Source: Lytechinus pictus (lineage: Eukaryota). From it: DNA of 64,000 nt. This document shows positions 40,642 to 53,456 of the stretch, piece after piece. The notes below the pieces were generated by a model. The model was not told where the DNA came from, did no database searches, and was given only the letters and a program-made list of their open reading frames with translations. The DNA is taken from assembly GCF_037042905.1 (NCBI RefSeq), contig NC_087250.1, forward strand, positions 19,904,001 through 19,968,000. Direction: 5' to 3'. The position numbers and the translations under genes are program-made. Numbering within the stretch: the first letter of the stretch is position 1; every line of letters starts with the position of its first letter.

Positions 40642-41137
40642 AGGGGAAGTTCACCCTGATGAAAACTTTGTTGTAAAAATAGCAGAAAAAAACAGTAAAA
40701 AATATTGGTGAAGGTTTGAGGAAAATCCGTTAAAGAGTAAGAAAGTTATTAGAGTTCAAAGTTTTGGATTTGTGACGTCATAAACGAGCAGCTGCCCCAA
40801 GGTTATGTAATATAAAATGCATGAATTTCAAATTTTCCATGGTTCCTGATGACTTAATTTTGTTTTCTATTCATGATCGGGTGTGAAATGATTTGTCTAT
40901 TGGTATACAAAAAGTATAGTGAAAACCATTTTCAATTTTCTGAGAAAATTACATTTCATTGATTTTTTACCATTCGCTATGTAGGAATGCTGCTCGCATA
41001 TGACGTCACAAATCAAATGATTGAAATTCTAATAACTTTTTAATTATTTGATGAATTTTTCTCAAACCTTCGGAAATTTTTTTATTATTTTTTCTGCTAT
41101 TTTTACAATAAACTTTTTGTCAGGGTGAACTTCCCCT
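40642..41137. mobile_element. Kolobok-like MITE (intronic)
   Basis: TTAA TSD and TIR AGGGGAAGTTCACCCTGA. Another copy lies at 49052-49554. Confidence 0.85.
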
Positions 41138-41185
41138 TTAAGCATAAACTAAATTTTAAAAAATTATAATAATAAAATCACTCAC

Positions 41186-41346
41186 CAACGCTACCCGCCG
41201 CCCAGGTGCAATCGCAGAGATACGTCTGACCATCTAACGTCACTCTGTTCCAAGAATGGGTTTGCTTTGAAAGATTCTCACTGCCAGGTCGGTAGCCAGC
41301 ACCCTTTGCATACCCATTGATCATTTCGCATTGGACACCAGCTTTC
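41186..41346 (-). CDS. KY/hillarin-like protein, coding exon 3 (catalytic His and Asp)
   Basis: KAGVQCEMINGYAKGAGY...QTHSWNRVTLDGQTYLCDCTWAAGSV, with tag / gtgagt splice sites and phase 2-1. Confidence 0.92.
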
Positions 41347-42258
41347 CTAGATGGGGAAAAATCGTTTTAATGACATATTTAGGAAAACATTAACAATTCC
41401 AGAGCTGAGACTTCCAAGATCTAAAAATCTAAAACGACTGCAATGTTCCAGATACACCTAAATTTGTATTTAATTGAAAATGCGTGCCCCCCCCCCCCTC
41501 CTCCTTCGTTTCCGTGGAAGAATGGTAATAGGGGACTTATATGTGATCAAGGAGTGCTGGTAACTCCTTGATGTAATTCAAGATAATTATAATCGTACAA
41601 AGTAACTCGGCTCAATCACGTTATAGTTGTAAACCATTCATAACAGGATAGTCCCTGAAAGATTGCCAGGGTTTTGAAAAAAATAGAAGTATATGAATTT
41701 TAATTCACGATATCATTATGATGATCGTTGGGATGCATGACATTCATTTGCCCCGGCGGCAATTGCTCCAATGGAAAATCTGCATGATCTGCAAGAAATC
41801 ATTTCTTGGTATCAAACATGAAAGCTAACCTCCAAAACTAGATAAACCCTAATCCTTACATTGACATTTTCTGAACCAAAATTCTATTACAATCCTAACT
41901 CTAACCATATGCTCTCCGAGATATTGAGACCGGAGCAAATGTCGCCGATCATTGATTTGGGTAATTTGATATTATCTACATAAGATGGCTCACTGTCGCT
42001 GTGATTGATCAGCCATTTGATTAATTTAAACCCAGTGTATTAGCATCCCATTCTTCGTAGCTTCACATCAATTGTTATTGTGATAGTGTGATAATAAGGG
42101 TGAATGGAAATAATGGTTTTTCTATATATGGGGTGGAAATTCTGGTATAAAAAGATTATAAAGCAAACATGAAAATGATACAGATCATATGCAGTCATCA
42201 CAAGAGGTAAGGGATTTTTTCCCGTAAATGGGTGAAATTTTGGAGGTTGACCCGGGCG

Positions 42259-42529
42259 TATGGCAAGCCGTCTTAACATTTATTCACATTTTCTGATATC
42301 AAGACTTCATTTCTTGATATCAAGGATTCATTTCTTGATATCAAGAATTAATTTCTTGGTATCAAGAATTAATTTCTTGGTATCAAGTATTCATTTATAG
42401 GTAATATCAAGAATTCATTTCTTGGTATCAAGAAATAATTTCTTGGTATCAAGAATTAATTTCTTGATATCAAGAAATCTAATTCTTGATATCAGAAAAT
42501 GTGAATAAATGTTAAAACGGCTTGTCATA
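42259..42529. mobile_element. IS3EU-like MITE with 21-bp internal tandem repeats
   Basis: TAT...ATA ends, long TIR, 6-bp TSD CGGGCG, internal ATCAAGAATTAATTTCTTG(A/G)T repeats. Confidence 0.8.
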
Positions 42530-42659
42530 CGGGCGTCGATTTTTAGACAAGACAGCTCCTGTTTATAATCATATACCTAATTTCAGGTAATAGTGATTAT
42601 ACAGAAGCCGTAGAATGAGAAAAGGAACTACTAGAGTGATAAAAGAAGGCACTACTCAC

Positions 42660-42892
42660 TGGCACATTGCCCGGAGCAGGTTGCTATAACCTGCACAAAC
42701 TGCTAGTCCGGTCCGAAGGACAGTTTCTGCTGAGTTGTCTCCGAGCTTGCCACTCTTGTATCCGGGGACGTTGTATTCGGTGTTATGAGCTACCCATCGG
42801 AATACCACTCTGAGTTTCTCTAGATGTGTGTTAGTGCCTTTGGTCAGATGTGCAACAAGCTTGTCCATGTCTTTCCGAAGTGGCTGTGGGGT
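42660..42892 (-). CDS. KY/hillarin-like protein, coding exon 2 (catalytic Cys)
   Basis: TPQPLRKDMDKLVAHLT...EKLRVVFRWVAHNTEY...VLRTGLAVCAGYSNLLRAMC, with cag / gtgagt splice sites and phase 0-2. Confidence 0.92.
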
Positions 42893-43979
42893 CTGATGAT
42901 AAAAGAAAGAAAAATGATGTAAACTTCTCCGAATCTGAACATGTTGCTTCCGAGGAAAACTAAATCAAATTTTAACAAAATTGACTTTTATCTAAAAATC
43001 AGTTTTGAAAAAATATATACTAAAAACAAAAATGGTATTGTGTTTTTTCATCTAGAACTGGGTAGCTACATGTAGCCTAGTTTAAGACGGTTACAAAATA
43101 TATACACATTTACAATAGATTGGAAGTAGCGATTACAAATGGATCAATAATCTGAAGTCTTTAGACTTAACTGATGAACTTACCCCCAGCACATTTTCTT
43201 GGTAATTATGAAATATTGAAATATAATTGGTTTGCATAGGTCGAGGATTCCGATATTGGAATAAGAAAATTAAAACAAATTACATTATTCTGTATACCTC
43301 TTCATTTTGGATCATTTTAGTTCCGAAGCTTGTAAGTGCCAACCAGATAACGAGATGAGAAAACAAGAAGACGGGTTGGATGACGAAAAGACGAATTGTT
43401 GGAACTTGGCAAGTCGACTTCATTGTTTGGGACAAGATAACGAGTTTATGAAATTTGGCAAGTCGACATGAGTTTTGGAATTTGGCAAGTCGACTTGTTT
43501 GGAACTAGAAGACAAGATGAGTTGGTGAAACTCGGCAAAACCATTAGTTTAGGATGAGAAAAACAAGATAACGATTTGTTGGGACTCGGCTAGTCGGCTT
43601 GTTTAGGATAAGAAGACAAAGTAAAGGGTTTTTTGGAAGTTGGCGCATCGACTCATTTATATAAATCAAGAAGACAAGATAACGATCGCAAGTCGAATTC
43701 TTTGGATTAAGAGACTAGGATGACGAGTATGAAAATCCAACAACTCGTCATCTTTTCTTTATTTCCTCCACAAGTCGAATTTACGAGTTTGAACAATTAC
43801 TTGTAATCTTCTCTATTTTCCCGAACAAGAGTTTATACAACTTTTCATTTTTTGGTCTCCTTCCAAGTCAAGTCGACTTGCCGAGTTCCAGCAACTCGTT
43901 TTCTCATCATTTTAACCCGTCTCATTCTTACCTCGTATGGTTAGCACATAAAAGCTCAGACTTCTCATATCGCACTCAC

Positions 43980-44825
43980 CTCAATGGCGTGTTTATCAAG
44001 TTCCTTCATTTTGTTGTAATCAGGAATCAGGGCACGTTTCCCAGGCCAGAAAGTATCCTCGACCTTCAAATCAGGGTTGTCTTTGCTCAATGGAAACGCA
44101 CTCCTCCCGAAGACGGGGATCGGATCTTTTCGGTATTTTTCGACTTTTACCGAAGGATCGAAAGGTGACTCGGTTTTTAACCTACTCGGGATATTCTCAG
44201 GAGCGCTCTGTAAGGGAGTTTGATTACTCTTTGTAACGATTGTATTAACTTTCTTAGACTCGTTCTCTTTCGCTAAATGGCCGTTTTGTCGGTCTTGGGG
44301 TTTAGTTCTGACACTCGTATTGTTATCATTGTTACTTTCTCTAGCTTGACTGCCACCTTCTTTGGTTTGAGATGTTTGCCCTTTGGGAGGAGGAACGGCA
44401 TTCTTCTTCTGAGACTCTCGACCCTTCTGGGACTCAGAACTTTTACCAGTCGCCATTTTCTTCTCTTGGACACCCTCACTGCTCTTAAGTGGCGCTTTTT
44501 CTCTTTGATTCTGTCCCATTTTTGAAAAATGGATCTTACGTCCATCTTCCACACCCTTCTGTTCATCAGAAACAATGCGGTCACTAATACCGGTTGTATC
44601 TCCATTTTTTTCCTTTCGAGAATTTATTGGAATAGCTGACTTCTCGTTTGTGGCAACAGTATGAACCTCAGTACTGCTTTCTCTATTGGATACACCGTCG
44701 TCAACTTTTTCGCCAACTGTTGCTCTCTTAATTGTGACGTCATTGTTTCGTTTAACGCTACTGTGACGTTGAACGTCGACGTTGCTTTCGACAACAGCGG
44801 TGCTCTTTGATCCCCCGCAGCCCAT
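43980..44825 (-). CDS. KY/hillarin-like protein, coding exon 1 (MGCGGSK start, low-complexity N-terminal region)
   Basis: ORF ends KELDKHAIE|gtgagt in phase 0, in frame with exon 2. Acceptor at 44915-44917. Confidence 0.88.
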
Positions 44826-45939
44826 GGTGAGACTGGCAGTGGCTTTTCACACTTGTCCAAATATCTGCGCGTTGTTTACTTCCAGTGCAGAGTTGTGAAT
44901 TTAAGACAGGCAATCTGTATAAATCAAAATAATAAAACATAATAAAAGATGAATATACAAGGATGTAAGACGCAGCTTTCAGAATCAGAGGTTTACTTTT
45001 TAGCATCAGTCGGGCCCCTAAAAAGCTTACTGTAGGACTACCAATCATAACACATCATTTTGTTTCATTTATTAAAAGAGGAAGAGGAAAAAAATAGTCA
45101 TCAAATTTTAAAACAAAATGAAAATACAAAAAATGGGTTGAACATTCTTTCATAACCTATAGAGCCGTTTTACCGTTTTGTTTTAAAGTCCCAACAACAC
45201 TTTCATCAAGGCATGGTGGATTTTTTAAAACCCATTTCCTTTCATTTTCCTGAAAAGTGACGACCTTATAATAGATTGTTAACATACATGATATTCTCGA
45301 GGAGGATACAAAGCCTAATAAATCCGAACTTGTGTACGATGGATCTACAAGAATAAGTTAGTTAAATATTTACTAATGTATAATTATGTTGCCCACTAAC
45401 GTAACCAAAGCAAATTGTGGTAGCGTAGCAATACATCTAAGCATAACATTGTTACGTCACAATCTTGATCTTACGGTATATGCGCAGATTAATACAAATT
45501 ATTTCAATGCTTAATTACTCAATTGTCTCAATTTAGGCTTAGCTCTTCTGGAAAGAAAGCAGCGAGATTATTACATATGAAGGATTCATGAGGCATGATC
45601 ACATACTCGATGTTTTTCGTAATTATTCGAAGTCTTCGTAATTACTCGACATATCCTTCGTTCTTTACGGATTGTTAATGATGAATTTCGCTAAATCAGT
45701 GGTCACAGTATTGTTCCGGTTTATCATCATTTGAACTCCTGTGAAATGAATGACGAGCGCCCCTAACACTCACTGGCGGACGAGAGCATCCCCCTCCACC
45801 CCCCCCCCTATGCCTAGAACAAAATACAACCAATAGAAAAGGAAAGGAATGAAAGGGAAAGGGGTAAAATATCTTCTAGATTTGAGAATAATTGTACATT
45901 TATTTTGCGCAATTTTTGTTTTATATAATACTCAACTGC

Positions 45940-46138
45940 GCATTGCAATATCACCCCGGCTATAGCCGTGCTGACTACAGGTGCTCCGGCATTCGAGAAT
46001 TTCGTCCTACTAGGTTCCCATTCACCTCACCTGGGTTGAGCGAAACACAATGTGGATAAACTTATTGTACGCCATGGCTGGGAATCGAACCCATATCCTT
46101 CAGATTGAAAGACTAGAGTCATAACTACTACAACGCCC
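45940..46138 (-). mobile_element. Degenerate tRNA-derived SINE
   Basis: Shares CACCTCACCTGGGTTGAG and CGCCATGGCTGGGA.TCGAACCC with 12826-13091. Confidence 0.7.
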
Positions 46139-48175
46139 CCACAGTGTTTATCTTAAAATATAATTGTCCAAATTAAACTTCAATTTTTTCCTTGTTCGCT
46201 TTGCTCTCTCTAGCCTAGAACTTTGTTTGGAATTACGCCACGTACCCCTCACGATCATCATGTACATATTTTACAAAAGGTCATTTTTCTAACTTGTCTG
46301 GGTAACATCCCCGACATGCTGTTAAATTCTTTGTGTGGATAGTTCTGTTATTTATTGGAGTCCATAATCGTGACACCAAATTCATGATTACTGAATCTAG
46401 GCATATCTTATCCCAGATCTCACGATTAGTATAAAGTCCCCGAGTGATACCGTGAATCAATGGGTGAAACATTTTTCTGAATATTTATTTTTATGGTATT
46501 TGGTGTTTGTATATATACCGTCTTTAAAAATGTGATGTTCTATTCATCTGAGATTCATTTAAACCAAATTGCAGGGGACATTGGAAAAACTAATTCCTTT
46601 ACAAAAAAAAACTACGTATGTACAGTATAACACTCTAGAAGCTGATATTTGATTTAAACATCCCATATAATATATTTAGTTAGATAACTTTTTACTGGCC
46701 TTATGGGCAACATCAAATATAATGCCCGCAACAGAACAATATAAATTTGTCCAGAGCCTTATGGTTACTAAATGGTTTCTCTCGACAAATAAACATGCTT
46801 TAATAGTACATATCTCATCAGCATATGCTCAAATATGGTTAAAATTGTTATAGGCCTACTACACATTTTTATATATCTCACATGAATATGGTTATTCTCA
46901 CCAAATAATGTCCGTACTATTTCCGTCTTCCTCTCACCGTAGTTGTTGATGGTGACACCGGCACCCTCGGGGGCAGTTAGCTACCAAGTCATTAATCATA
47001 ATCATATTTGGAGACCCATAAATCAATAATATTTTCAGATTTTTAACTGATTATAACATCAGTATAGAGTGGCATTTGCAGCACTGAATAATTCGCTATG
47101 TATATATTCCGCTATATTCTATACAGACCGGAGGGACTCTGGACAGATTCATATAGTCTTCATTCACACTTTAACTGCACAAGTTTACCTAAGCAGATAA
47201 TTCAGTATCAAATAGATTAGAATTAACTTATAGGCCTATGTACCTTTATCTATCACATAATGTTATAACTTATTTTGCTTATGTAAATATTGCTATCTGG
47301 TGTGAAAACATTAATAAAAGTGGAATTTAACTATAAAATTGTCCAATTGAAAGTCTGAAAGTAGAATATCGTTTATAATGAATGGGACCCACAGAAATAC
47401 AATACAACGATCCGTAATTAACGCCTGCTTGCACATTTCCAATGGGACCGAATAGATAGAGATAATCTGCCTGGGCAAATAGTACGGTCGCTTGGTGACA
47501 ATGCTAACATTTTGAGTTGAACTAATTAATGGCGAGTGATGGCGCTTTCTCTCTAATACGGAAAATGGACAAGAGAAAGGAAATTCAGTCCAGTTGTTAT
47601 AAAGACAGATGTATTTAACAGGAAAAAAATAAATCGATAATAATCACGTAATAAAGTCACATCGTTTCTGACAAAACTGTTCCTGTATGTAAGTTACCAA
47701 TCTTTTTTTTTTTTTTTGGGGGGGGGGGGGTGCAGCTATCGTAAATTTTAAACTAAATCCTCTTCCCCACCGAATTTAGCTGGTTCACAGAATTTGGTTT
47801 GTCTATTAGAGATGCTAAACATTTTCCCCCTCACAAATATACTTTGGCCATTGTAAGCTGAGGGAATTCCAATTAAAAACACATGGGATAACAAGAATAA
47901 TAATGATGAAGATGATGATTATGATGATGATGATAACATATATAGGCCTAATGATAATGGTTATATGGCACGGTTATATTGATAATATGTAACATTAATT
48001 TTAATTATGTATTATTCAAATGAATCGGGATTTTATCGTGTCCTTATGCAAAACGAAGTTGAAATGTATTGTCATTCACTATTTCAGTGATACATTCTTT
48101 CCGCTATGGAGGATATGAAAACGGTAATGTAGTTTACCAGTATCGAATGGTAGAAGAAGTGAAAGGAATATTGAA

Positions 48176-49554
48176 AGGTACTCCAAGGCCCCGTCTTATA
48201 CAAAGAGTTACAATTGATCCAATCAATCGTAACTCTATGGAAATCCATCAGTGTCATAATTTTTTCTACAGGAAATTTGCAAAATGTCCTTTATAAACAA
48301 AGGAGATCACACCAAATTGTCAAGAAATCAATGAATTTTTTATTGATATACATTCATAACTAGATTTTTTTTTAATAAACCTGCATTTTAATGTTGCTGG
48401 CTCTCCATATTTTGCGATTGATTGGATCAATCGGATCAACTCGATCTCAGTAAGATCGGGCGCAGGCTAAAGTAAATACGATTTGAACAGATAAAGAAAA
48501 ATCAGACAAACAAAAAACTGAAAATTTGATCCAAACCGGACAAGGAATATATGACATTTTAAAGGTTTGCATTTTCCGGTGAAGCAGTTAGGCATGTCTT
48601 GTACGAATATGCAATGAGCAAATTGATGATGGCATATCCCCTTTTGTTCTTTTGTATCTTATTAATTGTATATGAAATTGGTTTATTTAATTTTTTCCTA
48701 CAAGAACTAAAAAAAAACTGATTCAGTACATTAAATATTCATTGCTGCAACTTATTTCATTATATAAGGGAGACATATTATTTACATTATTTTTTATGCA
48801 TGAAATAATGAAACAATATGATTTCATGTAATAAAATAAGAAAAATGAAAATTAGTGGGGATGTGACATCATCAGCCTACTAACGAATATTCATGACGAT
48901 GTGCATAAAACTGTTTTTCACAAAATATTGCTTTACTTTAAAATTCTATAACTTCTTTTTTTTATCCGATTCAAATGTTTGGCATTTTGCTTTGTGAATT
49001 TTACACTATTTATTCAGATATAAATATTTTCAGCTTGGAGCATCCCTTTAAAGGGGAAGTTCGCCCTGAAGAAAAGTTTGTTGTACAAATAGCAGTAAAG
49101 TAATAAATATTATTGGTGAAGGTTTAAGGAAAATCCATTAATGATTAAGAAAGCTATTATAATTCTAAATTTGTGGATTTGTATTGTCTTAAACGAGCAG
49201 CTGCCTCATACGTCAAGTAATATAAGATGCATAAATTTAATTTTTTTAATGGTTCCTGATGGCTTATTTTTGTTTTCTTTTTAGGGACGGGTATACAATG
49301 ATTTGTTTATTGGTATACTAAAGGTATATACAATAATATTTTTTTTTCAATTTTCTGAAAAAATGGCATTTCATTGATTTTTTTTACCATGTGATAAGCA
49401 GCAGGAAAATTGCTCGCATATGACGGCACAAATCAAATAATGAAGCTTCTAATAACTTTGTTATTATTTCATGGATTTTGAAATCAAACCTTTGACTATT
49501 CCTTATTATTTTTTTGCTCTTTTTATCAACTTTTTGTCAGGGTGAACTTCTCCT
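48176..49554. mobile_element. Two adjacent Kolobok-like MITEs (48176-49047 and 49052-49554); the first contains a Harbinger-like MITE
   Basis: AGG...CCT termini, with one TTAA at 49048-49051 between them. Confidence 0.75.
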
Positions 49555-50092
49555 TTAAAATCAAAGTTGAGGGGAAAATAATAAATTATAACACCCTCTC
49601 ATTAGAACCTATAACGAAATATGGAATGTTTAATTATTTCACATTACCCCCCCCCCCCCCGCCCCCGGGGAGAAATAGAGGAAAAGGAAATTTGTTATCC
49701 TCAGATTCTCACGTTTTTATCAGACACGGGAGGGGTGAATGCTTGGGTACTGAAGACAAGGGGGCGGCTGTCAATAATGAGCGGGTGCATCCGTTTGTTT
49801 GTTTTTTATTTCATCCTTTCTTTTTTTATTCTATAGTTTGTTTTATTGATTGTTATTGAACTCTCTTTCAGTTAAAAAAAGGGAAACTATATATATTATA
49901 GCTATAATTGTTTTGTATTTAATTGACTTCAAATCTGAATCAAGCGCCATTTGATCCTCGTGTCAAAATATGTATCTAATTAAACAGGCGATGTGAGCGC
50001 TAAGCGCGAACCAAAACTGTTTTAATTCCCCCCCCCCCCACCTCTCAGTGTTGCCACGTCACTCAGTCAGTGACAGTCGAGTACTACTTTAA

Positions 50093-51964
50093 AGGAGAAT
50101 GAAACCCTTGAAACCAGCTGAATCAATATCAAAGAGAAAAATCAAAGAAACATATTGTTGAAAGTTTGAGGAAGATTGAATGAATAATAAGAAAGTTATG
50201 AGCATTTGAATATTGAGATCACTAGTGCCATGTAGATCCTCCCATCGGCAATGCGACCAAGATCTGTGATGTCACACACGTACAACTCCCTCATTACTTC
50301 AGTACTTATTTCACTTATATTCTCACTTTTATAGAGTCTATCACAAGGTGAGGTGTTCTCTTTATGAGATGACAAGTAGAGAGGTTTCACAAAATTATAT
50401 CATTGATGAATCATTTGTCATATGATTAGAATGAGCAAAAAGAGATGATTTGGGGTATATTTTCAGTGTCCAAATGGGAGAGTTGTACGTGTGTGACATC
50501 ACAGATCTTCCCAGAAGGAAAAACCAGTAAGACCAGTAATTTTTTTTTACTGGTTTCCAGTAGAATTTTACTGGTTTCCAGTATATTTAAACTGGGCCAG
50601 TTGATTTTTAACTGGACCAGTAAAAATCAACTGGAGACCAGTTCAAACAATTGCCTTCCAGTTGAAGCAATTAGTAATACCAGTTAAATTGTTTTTCATC
50701 AAACTGGTGTTTCTGGTCCAATAAATGGTTTCCAGTAGATTTTTACTGGTTTCCAGTATATGTTTACTGGACCAGTAAAAATCAACTGGAGACCAGTTCA
50801 AACCAGTTAAATTGTTTTTCATCAAACTGGTGTTACTGGTCCAATAAATAATGACTTTATTTCAAGTCAGATCATTTGACGAATTATGGAAAATGAATCT
50901 TGCAATTCAGAGAAAGTTATTATCGTTATCATTGTTTTCATCATTCTTCTTATAATTATCATAATTATTGTTATTATGATTATATTATGATCATTGTTGT
51001 CATCATTCTTATTACTGTTATCATTGTTATCGATATTGTAATAATTATTAATAATATTATCATAATTATCAAGTATTAACATTCTCATTAAAATAATTAT
51101 TTCCTTTAATTATGATTAAGATCAAAGCAAGATATATTCCTCTGATATAGTCAACTGGTCTAAAGTAATTCATCGTTTGAAATTGAACTGGTCAAGACCA
51201 GTAATACCAGTAATTCTGAAGATGCTGACCACGTGGTTTACCTCATTTGCATATTTCCTATTTTAAAAAGAAAAATCAGGATTTAGAATGGAATGTCCTT
51301 GCAATGGCACTCATTGTTGTTTAAAAACTTTCCAAATAAGTGTGTGAACTAATTCACAATGAAAATGTGTAATTTCATATATCACTATTTAAATAACAGC
51401 AGAAAGATTAATTTACTAACCATCTTTTCCATCACATTTCAATGACCATGGTATATAACAAACCAAATGCATGTAATAATTGATCCAGTAAGACCAGTAC
51501 GAGGACCAGTTCGACCAGTTCGAGGACCAGTCAGACCAGTAGAAAATACCAGTAAAGACCAGCTTGAATTGGATACCAGTATGAAGACCAGTGAGACCAG
51601 TAACAACTCACCAGATACAAGACCAGTATAAAATTCCAGTAATTCAAGACCAGTTTAATTTTTAACTGGACCAGTAAAATTTTAACTGGACCAGTATGAC
51701 CAGTTAGACCAGTAAACCGATGTTCCAATTTCCAGAGTTACCAGTGAAAATTTTACTGGTCGAACTGGTACAGTGGAACTGGTTTTTCCTTCTGGGTTGG
51801 TCGCATTGCCAATGGGAGGATCTCCATAGCATTAGTGATCTCGACATTCAAATGCTCATAACTCTTTTATTGCTAGTCCTATTTTACTCAAACTTTTGTT
51901 GATCTTATTCTTTGATTTTTCTGCTTTCACAAAAGCTAACTTGCTCCAAGAGTTTCATTCTCCT
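50093..51964. mobile_element. Kolobok-like MITE interrupted by a nested element
   Basis: TTAA|AGGAGAATGAAAC...GTTTCATTCTCCT|TTAA. One arm of its internal inverted repeat is split at 50509/51797. Confidence 0.85.
50510..51796. mobile_element. CMC/EnSpm-like non-autonomous element
   Basis: TIR CCCAGAAGGAAAAACCAGT / ACTGGTTTTTCCTTCTGGG, 2-bp TSD TT, dense subterminal ACCAGT/ACTGGT repeats. Confidence 0.8.
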
Positions 51965-52434
51965 TTAAAAAAAGAAAAGAAAACTTTATATCAAAATGCC
52001 TTAAGACCTTTCTATACTGTAACACAAGGTGGCGCACTTCTTTAATGTCAATGAAATTGATATTGTTCATTTAATTAATCTAATTCGAGAAACTGGCAGA
52101 ACTGATGGTCCCCACTCGATGATTTCTCCACTTCTTTTGGCAGGATTTTGCGGTAAGTTACAATTTCCTTGACGTTGTACAGAAGTAGAGTTTTTAAGCA
52201 ATCATTGAAATTTTATTTTTGTTAGAAATGCGACATTTCAATGTGAAATGTATTCTGGGCAATTGAATTTAGCTGGGACGCAATCGTGACTGAGGCTGAG
52301 CTGAGGGCTGAGGCTGAGCTGTTTCTCTTGATAGGGAGCTCCGTCCGCGTCGCCTCGCCCGCCAGGCGGGGGCGGCGCTCCTTGCATTTTGCGATCGAGT
52401 CATCGTGCACTGGCCCGACCAGTGTCAACACCAG

Positions 52435-53456
52435 GGGCCGATTCCCGGGGGGGCCACTTACATTGACGAGTGGATACCATGCGCGACCAAAAAAACACGT
52501 AAAAAGGATGTCTTTTTCAAGATAGGGCACGTTACGTACGTAACGTGATAAGGGTGTCAAAAACACAAAAATATCAAAAAAAGGGTATCTATTTCGCTCG
52601 GAAAAATATACGTGTTTAGGGTCAAATATGCGGGGATTATAAAACAAAATCAAAATGTTTTATAAAGGGTGTCCTTTTTGCCCCAACACTACGTGTTTAG
52701 AGTCCGATTTGCGCGAGGTGTGGAAGGTGGGGCCGTACTAAACCAAAATAATGGTGTCTAAAGGTAAAACCGACGGACGCGTGACATAACATTACAATTA
52801 AATATCTGTGTACTTGTTTAGGGGTTCATTTCAGGGAATACTTACTAAGACTAGAGTATCGTTTTGTTTCCAATACTTGTTAAGGGGTGCATTTTCAGAA
52901 TATGGAAATACATCGCTGTACTTGTTTATAGGGGCTCAGTTCTGGGAATACTTGCCAATAGTATTTGTTTCCAATACTTGTTAAGGGTAGGGTTTCACAC
53001 GTCAATACTTGTTAAGGGGTGTATTTTCAGAATATGGAAAATACGTGTTTAGGGTGCTTTTCAAGACCCCGTGGTCGCGCATGGTATCCACTCGTCAATG
53101 GAAGTGGCCCCCCCGGGGGCCGATTGCACGAAAGGGTCTTTGCAAGAACCGTCTTCATGTCGCCGAATTATTAATATGATGTGCCATGTGAAACGCATTT
53201 TAAATAAATAACCTGCAGACATATTATTTTATTCTTCCGTTATTAAAAGTAAACAAAATCATTGTTTATAATATTAAATGATCATGAAATTGTTGTATAC
53301 AATTTGATTTAAATACTTAACTTAGCTAACAAATTTTATTTGTTTATGAACGTTATCATAAAAACATATTCAGATATATCCTGCGTACAGCACATCTTAA
53401 AAGATGGGTGACACAAAAGACGGTCCTTAGAAAGACCCTTTCGTGCAATCGTCCCC
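52435..53456. mobile_element. Harbinger-like MITE (CAG TSD) whose left TIR is split by a nested element
   Basis: GGCCGATTGCACGAAAGGGTCTTT / AAAGACCCTTTCGTGCAATCGTCC. Confidence 0.8.
52444..53117. mobile_element. MITE with CCCGGGGGGG termini and 8-bp TSD
   Basis: TIR of about 45 bp (CCCGGGGGGGCCACTT.CATTGACGAGTGGATACCATGCGCGACC), TSD GGCCGATT. Confidence 0.85.

Noticed and set aside
37926..44605. Antisense or alternative-frame ORFs overlapping the KY-like exons
   Set aside because: Shadow ORFs of a real coding sequence, with no independent signals.
46896..47000. Non-coding first exon of the KY-like gene
   Set aside because: Two plausible GTGAGA donors exist on the minus strand, but nothing distinguishes or confirms them without transcript data.
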